Source: Candidatus Aminicenantes bacterium
GTDB taxonomy: Bacteria; Acidobacteriota; Aminicenantia; Aminicenantales; Aminicenantaceae
Reading direction: 5' to 3'
Assembly: GCA_011773465.1 (NCBI GenBank)
Contig: WVXO01000012.1
Coordinates: 2,368 to 64,481, forward strand
DNA: 62,114 bases
Positions 9,096 through 19,486 of this stretch are shown piece after piece. The notes under the pieces are model-generated. The model was not told the DNA's origin. It was given only the letters and a program-made list of their open reading frames with translations, and made no database searches. Positions within the stretch are counted from its first letter, which is position 1, and each line of letters opens with the position of its first letter. The translations under genes were made by a program, and so were the position numbers.

Positions 9096-11624
9096 ATGAA
9101 AGCCTTCAAAAAAATCATTATCGTGGCTTTTTCACTCCTTATTCCTTTTCTTCTCCAGGCAGCAGAATTTCAGGTTAAAGTCATAAAAAGCGAAGATGAC
9201 CTACCTGAAAAATTTTGCAGTCACTGGGAAAAAGGAGACTTTCTTATTTTTAACGGAAAGAACCTAGCCCTAATCGGTGGAGCCAAGAGACGTTTAAAAA
9301 ACCTGACTAACTATCCGACAGGCGACGCCATGGGCAGTATTATAAGTTTCGTCCCTGCAGGAAAAAAAATAGTAAGCAACCTGAATATCGGATCACCTTA
9401 CATCAGGATAAAGAGAAAAAGAGAATATATAACCTACACCTCAGTTAAACCTTTAAAAGAGACTGCCCAAAAAGCGGCTCTTGCTTTTGAAGCCGCGGCT
9501 CTTTACGAAGGGAAAAAAGGGGAAAAAGCCCGGATCAGGACTCGCTATCATTTTTCCCCTCTTGAAGGAAGAATTGACGTCACTTCAACCATAACTAATA
9601 CGGGAAAGAAAACGTTCGAAGATCTGGATTATGATCTCTATTTTTATGCATTTAACCAGTACTATTTCAGCCCTTTTGACAGAAAGAAACATCCTGACTT
9701 AAGGTTCAGAGTTTACCAGAAAAAAGGACATTATTTGGGCTGGCTCAATATGAATCCTCTTCAAGAGAAAGAAAAATCTGTTAAAGAAGACGAAGAATCT
9801 CCTCCTATACCAGGAACACTAGCTCCTAAGGAAATATTTGAAATTCGCCACATTCTGCTCGTGGATATTCAACATGAAAACTTACTACAAAAGATCTATA
9901 AAATTTTTAACGTAGAGCCAGAAGAAGCGTTCATTCATTTTAAGGATTTCAGTGGCAGTACCATGGAGGTCATTGTCAAAGATGCTTATTCCTCTTCTAC
10001 CTTTTTCCGCTCCTTTCTGGAAAATCCTTTTTCCCTCAAAGTTCCTCTTCCCAAGGGCGCCTATAAGGCGAGAGCAAATTTCTTCCCGGCCGTCTGCGAA
10101 GAGCTCCTTGTTGTCGGATTAGAAGATGAAAGTTCATGCGTTCTTCAAAACCTCCCGCAGGGGAAGGTGAAAGTAAAAATTGTAAACAGCAAAGGAGAAT
10201 TTGTGCCCGGGAAGGTCACTTTTATCGGCCTTTCGCCGACTAAAACTCCCTATTTTGAACCCGAGAATCCTGTAAAGAGCGGAAGAAAATGGGAAACTTC
10301 CAAAAATTCCTGTTTTCCTCAAGAAGAAGGGAAGGAAGTGAAATTGCCTGTAGGAACCTATCTTGTCACTGCTTCAAGAGGGCCGGAATATTCTATAGAC
10401 AAAAAAGTCGTCGAAATATTGAAGAATGAGCAGCAAGAGTTGATCTTTTGCATAGATAGGGTATTAAAGACTCCAAATCTCATCTCAGTCGATCCTCACA
10501 TGCACACCGATCAATCAGACGGAAGAGTTCGAATTTCTGAAAGAATAAGATCCGTTGTAGCCGAGGGGATCGACGTGGCTGTAGCGACTGACCACAATAA
10601 CATCACGGATTATTTTCCAACGCTTAAGAGACTTGGCCTGAACAAATATTTAGCAGTCATATATGGGAGTGAAGTGACCGTCTCAGGCTTAATCCATTAC
10701 AACACTTACTCATTAAAATTCAGACCAGAGGAAGAATACAACGGCGCAATCTACCCTGGCGTCGACGAAGCCTCCCTCCTCTTTGAAGCAAGCCGGAAAA
10801 AAGATCTCAAAGCCATTCTTCAAGTAAATCATCCAAGATCAGGGACCTTAGGTTATTTCAATACCTATCTACTTGACCTTGAATCCGCAGCCTTTGCTCG
10901 AGTGAATTTCGATACGTCCTTTGATGTCCTGGAAATAATGAATGGACCTTATTATTATTCCTCCAATTTTTGGGCGATTGAGGATTGGCTTCATCTTTTA
11001 AATAGAGGTTACTACTTCCCTCTCATCGGCTCTTCTGACTCCCATTCAATAGACAGGGGAGAACCAGGTTACTCTCGAACATATATTATGTATGAGGGAG
11101 AAGAGGGCGATAACCTGAAAGGGGACGCCCTTGCTCTTTCCATAAAGAAAGGGCGCTCTTTTGCCAGCAACGGTCCCCTAGTGGAGTTTAAAGTCAACGA
11201 TAAATACCGCTCAGGCGATTCCTTTACGTCCTCAGCCGGAAAAGCCGAGGTTTGGATTAGAGTTCAAAGCTCGCCCTGGGTAGCAGTGGATGAAGTGAGA
11301 TTAATCGTGAACGGAGAAAGGAAAATTATTTTTCCAATCAAGACTGCAAGAGAGGACATTCAAAAATTCACAGAACAAATCAGTTTGAAACTGAAGAAGG
11401 ACTCCTACATAGCTGTAGAAGTCCTGGGCAAGAAGTCTCTCTACCCTGTCTTACAACAATATTCCAAAAAGGGGCTCTTAAAGGATGCAGCCCTCCCTTA
11501 CGCTCTGACAAACCCGGTGTTTATTGATGTGGACGGAAACGGGAAGTTTGACCCTCCTCTGCCTGGAAAAATCAAGTTGCGTTCTGACATTCCAGAACCA
11601 AAAAAATTAATACAGCGCTATTAA
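9096..11624 (+). CDS. Secreted CehA/McbA-family (PHP-like) metallohydrolase
   Basis: Signal peptide; DPHMHT..SDG, ATDHN, GSEVT, HYN, NHPRS, EIMNG, GSSDSH; C-terminal TNPVFIDVDGNG. Confidence 0.8.
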   Translation: MKAFKKIIIVAFSLLIPFLLQAAEFQVKVIKSEDDLPEKFCSHWEKGDFLIFNGKNLALIGGAKRRLKNLTNYPTGDAMGSIISFVPAGKKIVSNLNIGSPYIRIKRKREYITYTSVKPLKETAQKAALAFEAAALYEGKKGEKARIRTRYHFSPLEGRIDVTSTITNTGKKTFEDLDYDLYFYAFNQYYFSPFDRKKHPDLRFRVYQKKGHYLGWLNMNPLQEKEKSVKEDEESPPIPGTLAPKEIFEIRHILLVDIQHENLLQKIYKIFNVEPEEAFIHFKDFSGSTMEVIVKDAYSSSTFFRSFLENPFSLKVPLPKGAYKARANFFPAVCEELLVVGLEDESSCVLQNLPQGKVKVKIVNSKGEFVPGKVTFIGLSPTKTPYFEPENPVKSGRKWETSKNSCFPQEEGKEVKLPVGTYLVTASRGPEYSIDKKVVEILKNEQQELIFCIDRVLKTPNLISVDPHMHTDQSDGRVRISERIRSVVAEGIDVAVATDHNNITDYFPTLKRLGLNKYLAVIYGSEVTVSGLIHYNTYSLKFRPEEEYNGAIYPGVDEASLLFEASRKKDLKAILQVNHPRSGTLGYFNTYLLDLESAAFARVNFDTSFDVLEIMNGPYYYSSNFWAIEDWLHLLNRGYYFPLIGSSDSHSIDRGEPGYSRTYIMYEGEEGDNLKGDALALSIKKGRSFASNGPLVEFKVNDKYRSGDSFTSSAGKAEVWIRVQSSPWVAVDEVRLIVNGERKIIFPIKTAREDIQKFTEQISLKLKKDSYIAVEVLGKKSLYPVLQQYSKKGLLKDAALPYALTNPVFIDVDGNGKFDPPLPGKIKLRSDIPEPKKLIQRY

Positions 11625-11740
11625 TCAGATATGAATGAGAGGAGTAAAAGTTAATAACTTAGGAAAGATCATCAATAGGAAAGGATAACACGATAATCCT
11701 CGGCTGCCTGGTGATGCATATTTTACCTCTACTCGATTGA

Positions 11741-12424
11741 ATGAAAAGCAATAATAATCTTTCAGGCCTTTCTCCTGCAAAGTCCCGTGAAATACGTTTT
11801 AGAATCAAGACATTATTATTTGCTCTTCAGATTATTGTAGTAGCTGCTCTCCTTGTGGTCTGGCTGAGTTCTGAGTCTATTCAGAAGAGCAAAAATTTGT
11901 GGGTTCTCTTCATCTATAGTTTTCCTTCTCAATTTTTAATCCCTATTGTCCCTCATGAACCTGTTCTACTCTATTTTGGCAAATTCTATCCTCCTTTAAC
12001 GGTTGCCTTGGTAGACATAGCTGGCACATTGCTGACCGAGGCCCTCAACTACTCAGTATTTAAGTATATAATTGATACAAACTTTTTCCAGAAAGTGCGT
12101 TACAGAAAAACTGTTACCAAAGTAGTTGAACTATTCAACAGAGCTCCTTTTATCGCTCTTTTTGTGGCAGGATTCACTCCCGTACCATTCTATCCTTTCC
12201 GTTTCTTGGTTGTCATGGCGCATTACCCTATCTGGAAATACCTTCTGGCTGTTTTTCTCTCGAGAACTCCTCGTTTTTATGTCCTTGCCCTTATAGGTTA
12301 CGCAATCAAAATTCCCGATTATTTGATAATCGCAATTTTTATAATTCTTATCGCCTCAGCCAATATTCCTCTTTTGAGGAAATTTTTTAAAAAAAGACAA
12401 AGAAATAAAACATATGCCTCTTAA
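11741..12424 (+). CDS. DedA/VTT (SNARE-associated)-type membrane protein
   Basis: Hydrophobic; PIVPHEPVLL, AGTLL..LNY, FTPVPFYPFR, YLLAVFLSRTPRF. Confidence 0.7.
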   Translation: MKSNNNLSGLSPAKSREIRFRIKTLLFALQIIVVAALLVVWLSSESIQKSKNLWVLFIYSFPSQFLIPIVPHEPVLLYFGKFYPPLTVALVDIAGTLLTEALNYSVFKYIIDTNFFQKVRYRKTVTKVVELFNRAPFIALFVAGFTPVPFYPFRFLVVMAHYPIWKYLLAVFLSRTPRFYVLALIGYAIKIPDYLIIAIFIILIASANIPLLRKFFKKRQRNKTYAS

Positions 12425-13388
12425 AGCTTTGGTTACTGGAGCAACTGGTTTTATCGGGAGCCATCTGGTTCAAAGCCTGGTCGAAGAAAATTGGGATGTG
12501 ACCTGTCTTATAAGGTCCAAAAGTAGGACCGATTTTCTCCAAAAATTCCCTGTCCGTTTTGTCCAAGGCTCTGCGACTGACATAGATAGCTTGGGGAAGG
12601 CGGCCAAAGGTCAGGATTATGTCTTCCATCTGGCGGGGCGAATTCACCCAGCAAGCCGTGCAGTCTATGATATAGCAAATCATCAACTGAGCAGGAATTT
12701 AGTCCAGGCATGCCTCAGGAAAAATCCATCCCTCAAACGTTTTGTTTACATCTCGTCTATATCCGCAGCCGGTCCCTCTCTTCCAAATTTTTACTCTGAT
12801 GAAAACCAGGCTCCTTCTCCTGTTTCAGAGTACGGCCGAACCAAACTCAAAGGAGAAGATGCCGTCCGTGAAGTATGGGATCTCATCCCGGCCACCATTA
12901 TTCGCCCTCCCAACGTATACGGTCCAAGGCAGCAGGAAACTGAACTTCTGATAAAACTTATCAGTAAAAGGATTGTGCCCCTTCTCAAAGAAAAAAAAGA
13001 AACAACCAGCCTCATTTATGTCATAGACCTCATACAAGGTATACTCCAGGCAGCTCTTTCGCCAAAAACTAAAAACCAGGTCTATTATTTAACTGACGGA
13101 AAAGGCTATTCCTGGCGTAAAATTATTCTCACTATAAAAAAAGTTGTTATAGGAGAGTCTTTCTTTTTTCCTCTTCCTGAGGGATTAATTTCTTTTGCAG
13201 CTTGGCTCGTTGATATGCTCAAGAAGACAAGGCTTATAAAATCCTATTTCGGGCGAAAGCTCTGGCGGGCCATGACACAAACTCCCTGGCTTTTTTCTTC
13301 ATCCAAAGCAGAGAAAGATTTCGGTTTCCGCACCAGTTACAGCCTGGAAAATGGAATCAATGAAACAGTGAATTACTATCGAAAGTGA
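12414..13388 (+). CDS. NAD-dependent epimerase/dehydratase (extended SDR)
   Basis: LVTGATGFIGSHL, VFHLAG, YISS, YGRTK (YxxxK), RPPNVYGP. Confidence 0.9.
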   Translation: MPLKALVTGATGFIGSHLVQSLVEENWDVTCLIRSKSRTDFLQKFPVRFVQGSATDIDSLGKAAKGQDYVFHLAGRIHPASRAVYDIANHQLSRNLVQACLRKNPSLKRFVYISSISAAGPSLPNFYSDENQAPSPVSEYGRTKLKGEDAVREVWDLIPATIIRPPNVYGPRQQETELLIKLISKRIVPLLKEKKETTSLIYVIDLIQGILQAALSPKTKNQVYYLTDGKGYSWRKIILTIKKVVIGESFFFPLPEGLISFAAWLVDMLKKTRLIKSYFGRKLWRAMTQTPWLFSSSKAEKDFGFRTSYSLENGINETVNYYRK

Positions 13389-13431
13389 CTCCGCGTATCC
13401 ATAAGATCTGATCCCTCCTGATAATAACATC

Positions 13432-13665
13432 GTGGGGGTCTGATTCATCAATCCCACATTTTTTATCTTCTGTAGGGGCTTGATTCATCAAGCCCACCTT
13501 ATAATTATACACAAATAATTGATTTGTATTCTGTAAGGGCTTGATTCATTTGTAGGGGCTTGATTTATCAAGCCCACCTTATGATTATGCGTAAGTCATT
13601 GATCCATATACCGTAGGGGCTTGATTTATCTTGTGTAGGTGTTTGATTTATCAAACACACCTTAT
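13432..13665 (+). repeat. GTAG-type REP array A
   Basis: Unit GTAGGGGCTTGATT(T/C)ATCAAGCCCACCTT at 13472 and 13552, variant at 13635, half units at 13533 and 13613. Confidence 0.85.
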
Positions 13666-13718
13666 GAGGTAAAAGGAATCGCACATGAGCTAAAATGCAA
13701 TAGTAACTCGATTAGTTT

Positions 13719-13747
13719 TTGACTTAAATATATCGAGATGCTATAAG
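13719..13747 (+). promoter_or_regulatory. sigma-70 promoter of the lipid kinase gene
   Basis: TTGACT-N17-TATAAG with a TGn extension. Confidence 0.55.
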
Positions 13748-13765
13748 TTCAAAGTTGGGCTACGA

Positions 13766-14695
13766 ATGAACGAAAACATTTTTTCCTCACAAGAAATTTC
13801 CTGCATCGTCAACCCGCAGGCAGCAAACAAAAAGTGGAAGAGAAGAAAGAAGCTTAGAAGCTATCTCCAGAAAAACCTGCCATGTCGAATCATTGATTTT
13901 CAAGGAAGCAAAGAAGGAACCATTGAAATGGCCAAGAAACAAAGTCTGACCCAAAAGATCATAGTGGCCGTGGGCGGAGATGGGACAGTTGCCGATGTCA
14001 TCCAAGGCATCATCGAAGCACGAAGAGAGAAGGATATCATCTTAGGAATCATACCCTTTGGAAGCGGAAATGCTTTCCGAAAATCCCTGGGCATTCCTAA
14101 AAGTGTAAAAAAGGCCATAAGGCTCCTCAAAGAAGGAGAAGAAAAAACAATCGATCTTATAGATATCGAAGGAAAAGTGACCGGAATTGCCAGTATCGGA
14201 GCAACGGCCAAAGTCACCCAGGAAAAACTTCAACATAATATTCAAGGCTTCTTAGGCCATATTTTAGCCTCAAGGATCATGCCCTCATTACCCAAAACAG
14301 AACAGCAAATAGAGCTCTTCGATGGTATTAGCGATAACGGAGAGCAATTTGATAAAAAAACTTTAAACCTTAGCCTTTATGAGTGTGTGGTAGGGAAAAC
14401 AATCTATTTTGGCTATAACTGGAAAGTTTCTCCCAGAGCCAAGATCGATGACGGATTTCTCGATATTACTCTATATGAGACAAGTGGATTAAAATACTTG
14501 TTATTTTTTCCTCTCATCTATTTCGGCCTTTATCAAAAAACACAAAAACATTTTAAAGCAAAAAAAATGATAGTTCGGGGTAAAAATCTTCCTGTCCAGT
14601 ACAACGGCGAATTTCTGGGGATGAAGGATAAGTTTGAATTTAGAGTTCTTCCTCGAGCCCTGAAAATAATCGGTGCAAAAGACGATAAAAAGTAG
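13766..14695 (+). CDS. Diacylglycerol/sphingosine kinase-family lipid kinase (YegS/DAGK)
   Basis: IVNPQA, VAVGGDGTV, LGIIPFGSGNAF, IDDGFLD, QYNGE. Confidence 0.9.
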   Translation: MNENIFSSQEISCIVNPQAANKKWKRRKKLRSYLQKNLPCRIIDFQGSKEGTIEMAKKQSLTQKIIVAVGGDGTVADVIQGIIEARREKDIILGIIPFGSGNAFRKSLGIPKSVKKAIRLLKEGEEKTIDLIDIEGKVTGIASIGATAKVTQEKLQHNIQGFLGHILASRIMPSLPKTEQQIELFDGISDNGEQFDKKTLNLSLYECVVGKTIYFGYNWKVSPRAKIDDGFLDITLYETSGLKYLLFFPLIYFGLYQKTQKHFKAKKMIVRGKNLPVQYNGEFLGMKDKFEFRVLPRALKIIGAKDDKK

Positions 14696-14738
14696 TCATT
14701 ATTCATCAAAGATTTGATGAGTTAAATCCTTATAATTT

Positions 14739-14823
14739 AAGGTGGATTTGATGAATCAAACCCCTACAATAGAAGGTGGGCTTGATAAATCAAGCCCCTA
14801 CATAAGATAAATCAAACGCCTAC
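14739..14823 (-). repeat. GTAG-type REP array B (inverse orientation)
   Basis: AAGGTGGGCTTGATAAATCAAGCCCCTAC at 14773-14801 plus a degenerate copy and a half unit. Confidence 0.85.
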
Positions 14824-14918
14824 GATTCAATTCCACAATCATCAAGAGTGCAGGATTGATTTTCTTTATCCATTAATACTAAAAATCTCTAAGTTGGTCT
14901 ATAAAAAATACAAAAAAA

Positions 14919-16052
14919 ATGATAGTCTTACTGGTCATGACCAAAAGAAAAATTCCAATTTCTCTTCTCCTCTTTTTTATGGCCGGACACTCTTTTATTT
15001 TTGCCTCTAACCTCGAGACGTTCGGGTATTATGAGAATCGGTTTTTTATACTCAGCAGCGGCAAGCTGAGCCTCCAAGATATCAGTGAGAATTTTTCCTT
15101 GGGCGATTATAACCGTCTCCGCCTTCAATTCAGGTCTTCGTTATCAGAGAACATATCATTGAATCTTGCAGTGGATTTCTTCACTTTCCATGGAATTATC
15201 AGTAGCCCCTTGGGAGTGTACGAGAACTCCGATCGGTCAGACACGACTCATACTCAGTTAGACAGGGCGTACATCGATCTTTACTTTCCTGGATTCGACA
15301 TCACTATCGGAAAACAGCGAGTCGCCATAGGCATCTCCCATCTCTGGGCACCGCTGGACCTGTTCAACAGAGTAAATATCTTCGAACCCGCTGAGGAAAA
15401 ACCTGGAGTGAATGCCATCAAGGTTTACGTTCCAATCGGGCAAACATCGAGTCTAACTGGAGTTTTTTCGCCTGAAGATAATTTCAACTCTTCAAAATCG
15501 GGCCTCAGAGCACAAACCCAAATTGCCGGTGTGGATGCGGCTTTGACGTTTATCAGTTGGGGAACGCGAAATCAAACCATTTACGGCCTGGACCTCCGCG
15601 GTGAAAACTTCATCGGCTGGTGGGTAGAGGGAGGCTATTTTTCATCTCCCGGAGAGAAAAACATGAAGCTTGTTGTCGGGTTCGATTATACTTTTCCGTT
15701 TAAAAGCGGAATCTACTGGCTGAATGAATTCTTCTATGATGAGAGTGGAGAAAAAGACAGCGGTCAGTATGACTTCGATAGGCTTTTTACAGGAGAGAGC
15801 TTCACTCTAGCTCGAGAATATTATTTTTCCGCTCTGCAGTTTCCTTTTATCGGCCTTCTCTCTTTAAGCACAACTTATATCGGGAACTGGACAGACGGCT
15901 CATATATCTTCAGCCCTGGCCTTCGGTACGAGCTTACCCAAAATGTAACTTTGAATCTGGGCATATTCTTTTTGATGGGCAGAAAAGGAGGAGAATTCAA
16001 CAGGGAAGGGGCAAATGATGTATTCTATATCTGGCTTAAAATGAATTTTTAA
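14919..16052 (+). CDS. Putative outer-membrane beta-barrel protein
   Basis: Signal peptide (start may be 14937); LDRAYIDLY..DITIGKQRVAIG..WAPLDLFN; alternating aromatic strands; C-terminal Phe (YIWLKMNF). Confidence 0.7.
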   Translation: MIVLLVMTKRKIPISLLLFFMAGHSFIFASNLETFGYYENRFFILSSGKLSLQDISENFSLGDYNRLRLQFRSSLSENISLNLAVDFFTFHGIISSPLGVYENSDRSDTTHTQLDRAYIDLYFPGFDITIGKQRVAIGISHLWAPLDLFNRVNIFEPAEEKPGVNAIKVYVPIGQTSSLTGVFSPEDNFNSSKSGLRAQTQIAGVDAALTFISWGTRNQTIYGLDLRGENFIGWWVEGGYFSSPGEKNMKLVVGFDYTFPFKSGIYWLNEFFYDESGEKDSGQYDFDRLFTGESFTLAREYYFSALQFPFIGLLSLSTTYIGNWTDGSYIFSPGLRYELTQNVTLNLGIFFLMGRKGGEFNREGANDVFYIWLKMNF

Positions 16053-16055
16053 TAA

Positions 16056-16763
16056 ATGGAGCAAGACATGTCTATCGCTAAACTGGAAAACATTCACAAA
16101 GTTTACCATATCGGAAAAATCGACTTCCCAGCCCTGAGAGGAATCTCCTTCTCTATCGAGGAAGGAGAATTTCTATCGATCGCCGGTCCTTCAGGCTCAG
16201 GAAAAACCACAATCCTCAATCTCCTCGGCTGTCTGGATAAACCCAGCCAGGGAAAAATCTTCTTGGAGGAAAAAGACATCACCGCTCTTCCGACATCCAA
16301 ATTGGCGGATGTGCGGCGGAAAAATATCGGCTTCGTCTTCCAGACGTTCAATCTTATTCCTGTTCTGACCGCCATGGAGAACGTGGAATTCCCGTTGATC
16401 CTGGAAGGTCAGCACGATCCCAAAGAGCGACGCCAGGTAACGGAGGATATTCTCACTGAAGTTGGGTTGAAAGATTTTCTTCACCGTCGCCCCAACGAGA
16501 TGAGCGGCGGCCAGCAACAAAGAGTAGCTGTCGCTAGGGCATTGGTTAAAAAACCAAAACTAGTTCTGGCAGATGAACCTACTGCCAACCTGGACTCTGT
16601 GACAGGCGAGGAGATACTCCAACTGATGCTCGAGCTAAACCAGAAAACATCAACCACTTTTGTCTTCTCCACACACGATAAGATGGTCATGGATTTCGCC
16701 CGAAGGATTATCAGGCTCCGAGACGGGAAAATCGAATCTGACCAGAAGGTTAACAAGAAATGA
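16056..16763 (+). CDS. ABC transporter ATP-binding protein, LolD/MacB-like
   Basis: GPSGSGKT, GFVFQTFNL, MSGGQQQRVAVARAL, LADEPTANLD, STHD. Confidence 0.95.
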   Translation: MEQDMSIAKLENIHKVYHIGKIDFPALRGISFSIEEGEFLSIAGPSGSGKTTILNLLGCLDKPSQGKIFLEEKDITALPTSKLADVRRKNIGFVFQTFNLIPVLTAMENVEFPLILEGQHDPKERRQVTEDILTEVGLKDFLHRRPNEMSGGQQQRVAVARALVKKPKLVLADEPTANLDSVTGEEILQLMLELNQKTSTTFVFSTHDKMVMDFARRIIRLRDGKIESDQKVNKK

Positions 16764-18016
16764 AGATGCTGTTTAAGCTCGCGTTCCGGAATGTCTTCCG
16801 GTACAGAAGACGCACGATCATCACCTTCTCCGCTATATCTTATGGTCTGGGCTTGATGGCCGTAGGAATCTCCCTTTATAACGGAGTCGACACGCATGCC
16901 ATGGATAACATCATCAACAGCCAGACAGCTCATCTCAAGATCTTGGCCGCCGGATACTTTGAAAAAAAAGATGAAGTTCCTCTTGAATTCACCATCGACG
17001 AACCTCAGGAAATAAAAAGCCTACTGAAAAATAACCGGGATATTCAAGGTATCGAGAGTCGCGTCCTCTTCCAAGCAAGCATCATCTCCGGCATGGATGA
17101 GCTTCCCTGTATGGGTGTGGCCATCGAGCCTGAAATCGACCCGCTGGTATTTAAAATAAAAGACTCCATTATAGACGGACGCTTCCTGGAACCGTCGGAA
17201 TCGAAGATCATCCTGGGCAGCGGGCTAGCCCGGGATCTAGGCCTGAAAGTCGGAGACGATTGCACTCTCAGGATTTTTTTCTCCATAGAAGATTTTATCT
17301 GGAATGCGCTCGACCTTGAAATTGCTGGGATTGCCAAAACCGAAAACCCGATGGTCAACCGAGGGACCGTATTCATTCCCCTCTCCCTCGCTCAGGAAGC
17401 CTTAAGCCTAGAAAACAGCGTGACTGAGCTTGCGGTTCGGATTGAAGACAGGAGGCGACTTCTTGAGGTAAGGGAGTCCATTGAGGGTCGACTGGCGAGC
17501 TTGAGCAAAGACTATGAGGTCGTGAGCTTCGAAGAATACGCATCTGACTTCAAAGAGCTGATGAGGATGAGAAGCAGAATGCAGGCCCTTATCCCTCTGA
17601 TGATGATCCTGATCGCCACCCTGGGAATCGTGAATACCATGCTCATGGCAGTCATGGAGCGGACGCGTGAAATCGGGATGCTGGCCGCGATGGGCATGCG
17701 GAAAATGGAAGTCATGCTCGTATTTATCTTCGAGGGCGCTCTCATCGGTATTTTTGGCTCTTTTGCGGCCTGCGTCATCGGGGGTTTGGGGGGGTGGTGG
17801 CTGGAAGCCAAGGGATTTAGTCTAGCCTTTTTGGGAGAGGAGATAGCCGAAATGGTGTCGTTTCTCCCTATGGAAGTGTACAAGGGGGATTTGACAGCAG
17901 GAACACTGATTTTTACTTTTATTTTAGGAACCGTTATCTCTATACTGGCTAGCCTTTACCCAGCCTATAAGGCTGTCAAGCTCGACCCGATTCAGGCATT
18001 GAGGCACGTGGGATGA
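16760..18016 (+). CDS. ABC permease, LolC/E (FtsX/MacB) family
   Basis: LAFRNVFRYRRRT, large periplasmic loop, NTMLMAVMERTREIGMLAAMG, YPAYKAVKLDPIQALR. Confidence 0.92.
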   Translation: MKMLFKLAFRNVFRYRRRTIITFSAISYGLGLMAVGISLYNGVDTHAMDNIINSQTAHLKILAAGYFEKKDEVPLEFTIDEPQEIKSLLKNNRDIQGIESRVLFQASIISGMDELPCMGVAIEPEIDPLVFKIKDSIIDGRFLEPSESKIILGSGLARDLGLKVGDDCTLRIFFSIEDFIWNALDLEIAGIAKTENPMVNRGTVFIPLSLAQEALSLENSVTELAVRIEDRRRLLEVRESIEGRLASLSKDYEVVSFEEYASDFKELMRMRSRMQALIPLMMILIATLGIVNTMLMAVMERTREIGMLAAMGMRKMEVMLVFIFEGALIGIFGSFAACVIGGLGGWWLEAKGFSLAFLGEEIAEMVSFLPMEVYKGDLTAGTLIFTFILGTVISILASLYPAYKAVKLDPIQALRHVG

Positions 18017-19263
18017 AAAAGTTCATTAAATTAGCCTGGCGGAACATCTGGAGAAATTGGCGCCGGACAATTCTGACCTCCCTGGCTGTGGCCTTTGGAA
18101 TGGTCTCCATCATCTTCACCAACAGCTATATTGAAGGTGTCAGCGAAAGCGTCTATAGAAGCCTGATAGAAACAGAACTCGGGCATGTAAAAATTGTCTC
18201 CAGAGAGTTCCTGAGGCTGGAAAGAGTCATGCCCAGGGAGCAGCTCGTTTATAACGCCCAGAGCATTGAAAACGGCATTTCTTCTCTTCCCGGAATATCC
18301 AACATAACGGAAAGGATCAAATTCCGTCTCATCCTCTCCTCCGAAGACGAAAACGAGCCTGCTCTAGGCGTAGGCATCAACCCAGAGAAGGAGAAAAACC
18401 TTTTTGATTTAAGACAATATTTGATCCAGGGGAGTTACTTTCAAGATTCATCGGCAGAAATGCTCATCGGTGACGGTCTAGCTAAAAAATTAGAGGTAGG
18501 CCTCGGCGACGAGCTCCTGGCTGTGACCACGGATATCAACTACTCCACTTACGCTTTGAGCTTCACCGTGGCCGGAATCTTCAAGACTGGGTTTACCTTC
18601 ATGGACAAAAATCTTATCTACATTCCTATCGAAAAGGCCCAGGAAATGCTCGATTGCGATGGAGCCGCGCACGAAATACTGCTTCTCCTTGAGGACGCAG
18701 AGACAGCAACGGAAATTTCTTCTGAAATCCTGACCTTCCTCAAAGAGAGCGGATTGGAGGATACCCTCACCGCTGTCCCCTGGCAAGACAACTTCTTTTT
18801 GACCTATCTGCCTTTTGCAACAGTCGCCGTGGGCAGCATCTTGTTGATCATCATGCTTATCGCTGCCCTGGTGATCCTGAATACTATGCTCATGGCTGTA
18901 GTGGAAAGAACCCACGAGATCGGGATCATCAAATCCATGGGAATGAGGAATGGAGGGATTGTGGCTTTGATCCTGGTTGAGGCTACGTACATAGGCCTTT
19001 TGGGCGTGTTCATAGGAGGTTTGATCGGAAGCGGTCTATCATTGCTGGCCCAGAACACCGGGCTGAATTTCACACGGATGATGGAAAAAATGGAATTCGA
19101 GATCGCCTTCTTTTCCCCCATCATCTATCCCAAGTTCAGCCTCGGGATTCTCGCTGGTGCGGCGGTTTTCTGCCTGGCAACCACACTCTTCGCAGCTATA
19201 TACCCGGCCCGGAAAGCCTCGCGAATGGAGCCAGTGGAGGCTCTGCGAACAAGCATGAAATAA
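18013..19263 (+). CDS. ABC permease, LolC/E (FtsX/MacB) family
   Basis: LAWRNIWRNWRRT, NTMLMAVVERTHEIGIIKSMG, YPARKASRMEPVEALR. Confidence 0.92.
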   Translation: MKKFIKLAWRNIWRNWRRTILTSLAVAFGMVSIIFTNSYIEGVSESVYRSLIETELGHVKIVSREFLRLERVMPREQLVYNAQSIENGISSLPGISNITERIKFRLILSSEDENEPALGVGINPEKEKNLFDLRQYLIQGSYFQDSSAEMLIGDGLAKKLEVGLGDELLAVTTDINYSTYALSFTVAGIFKTGFTFMDKNLIYIPIEKAQEMLDCDGAAHEILLLLEDAETATEISSEILTFLKESGLEDTLTAVPWQDNFFLTYLPFATVAVGSILLIIMLIAALVILNTMLMAVVERTHEIGIIKSMGMRNGGIVALILVEATYIGLLGVFIGGLIGSGLSLLAQNTGLNFTRMMEKMEFEIAFFSPIIYPKFSLGILAGAAVFCLATTLFAAIYPARKASRMEPVEALRTSMK

Positions 19264-19277
19264 TAATCGATAAAAAT

Positions 19278-19407
19278 GTAGGGGCTTGATTTATCAAGCC
19301 CACCTGCTTATTTGAATGGAATGAAGAAATTTGTAGGGGCTTGATTTATCAAGCCCACCTTATTATTTGAATGAAGAAAAATGTGTGTTTGATAAAACAA
19401 GCACCTA
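19278..19407 (+). repeat. GTAG-type REP array C
   Basis: Identical GTAGGGGCTTGATTTATCAAGCCCACCT at 19278 and 19333, plus a degenerate copy. Confidence 0.85.
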
Positions 19408-19486
19408 AAGAATATGAATTGAGCATAACATGCCAAATATACGATTCAAGCGATAAAATCTATAATAAAATAAAAGGTAACTAGCT

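Noticed and set aside
13432-13665. REP arrays as CRISPR arrays (29-bp palindromic repeat with spacers)
   Set aside because: The spacers resemble each other and contain half repeats, there are only 2-3 full units per locus, copies are dispersed in both orientations, and no cas genes are present.
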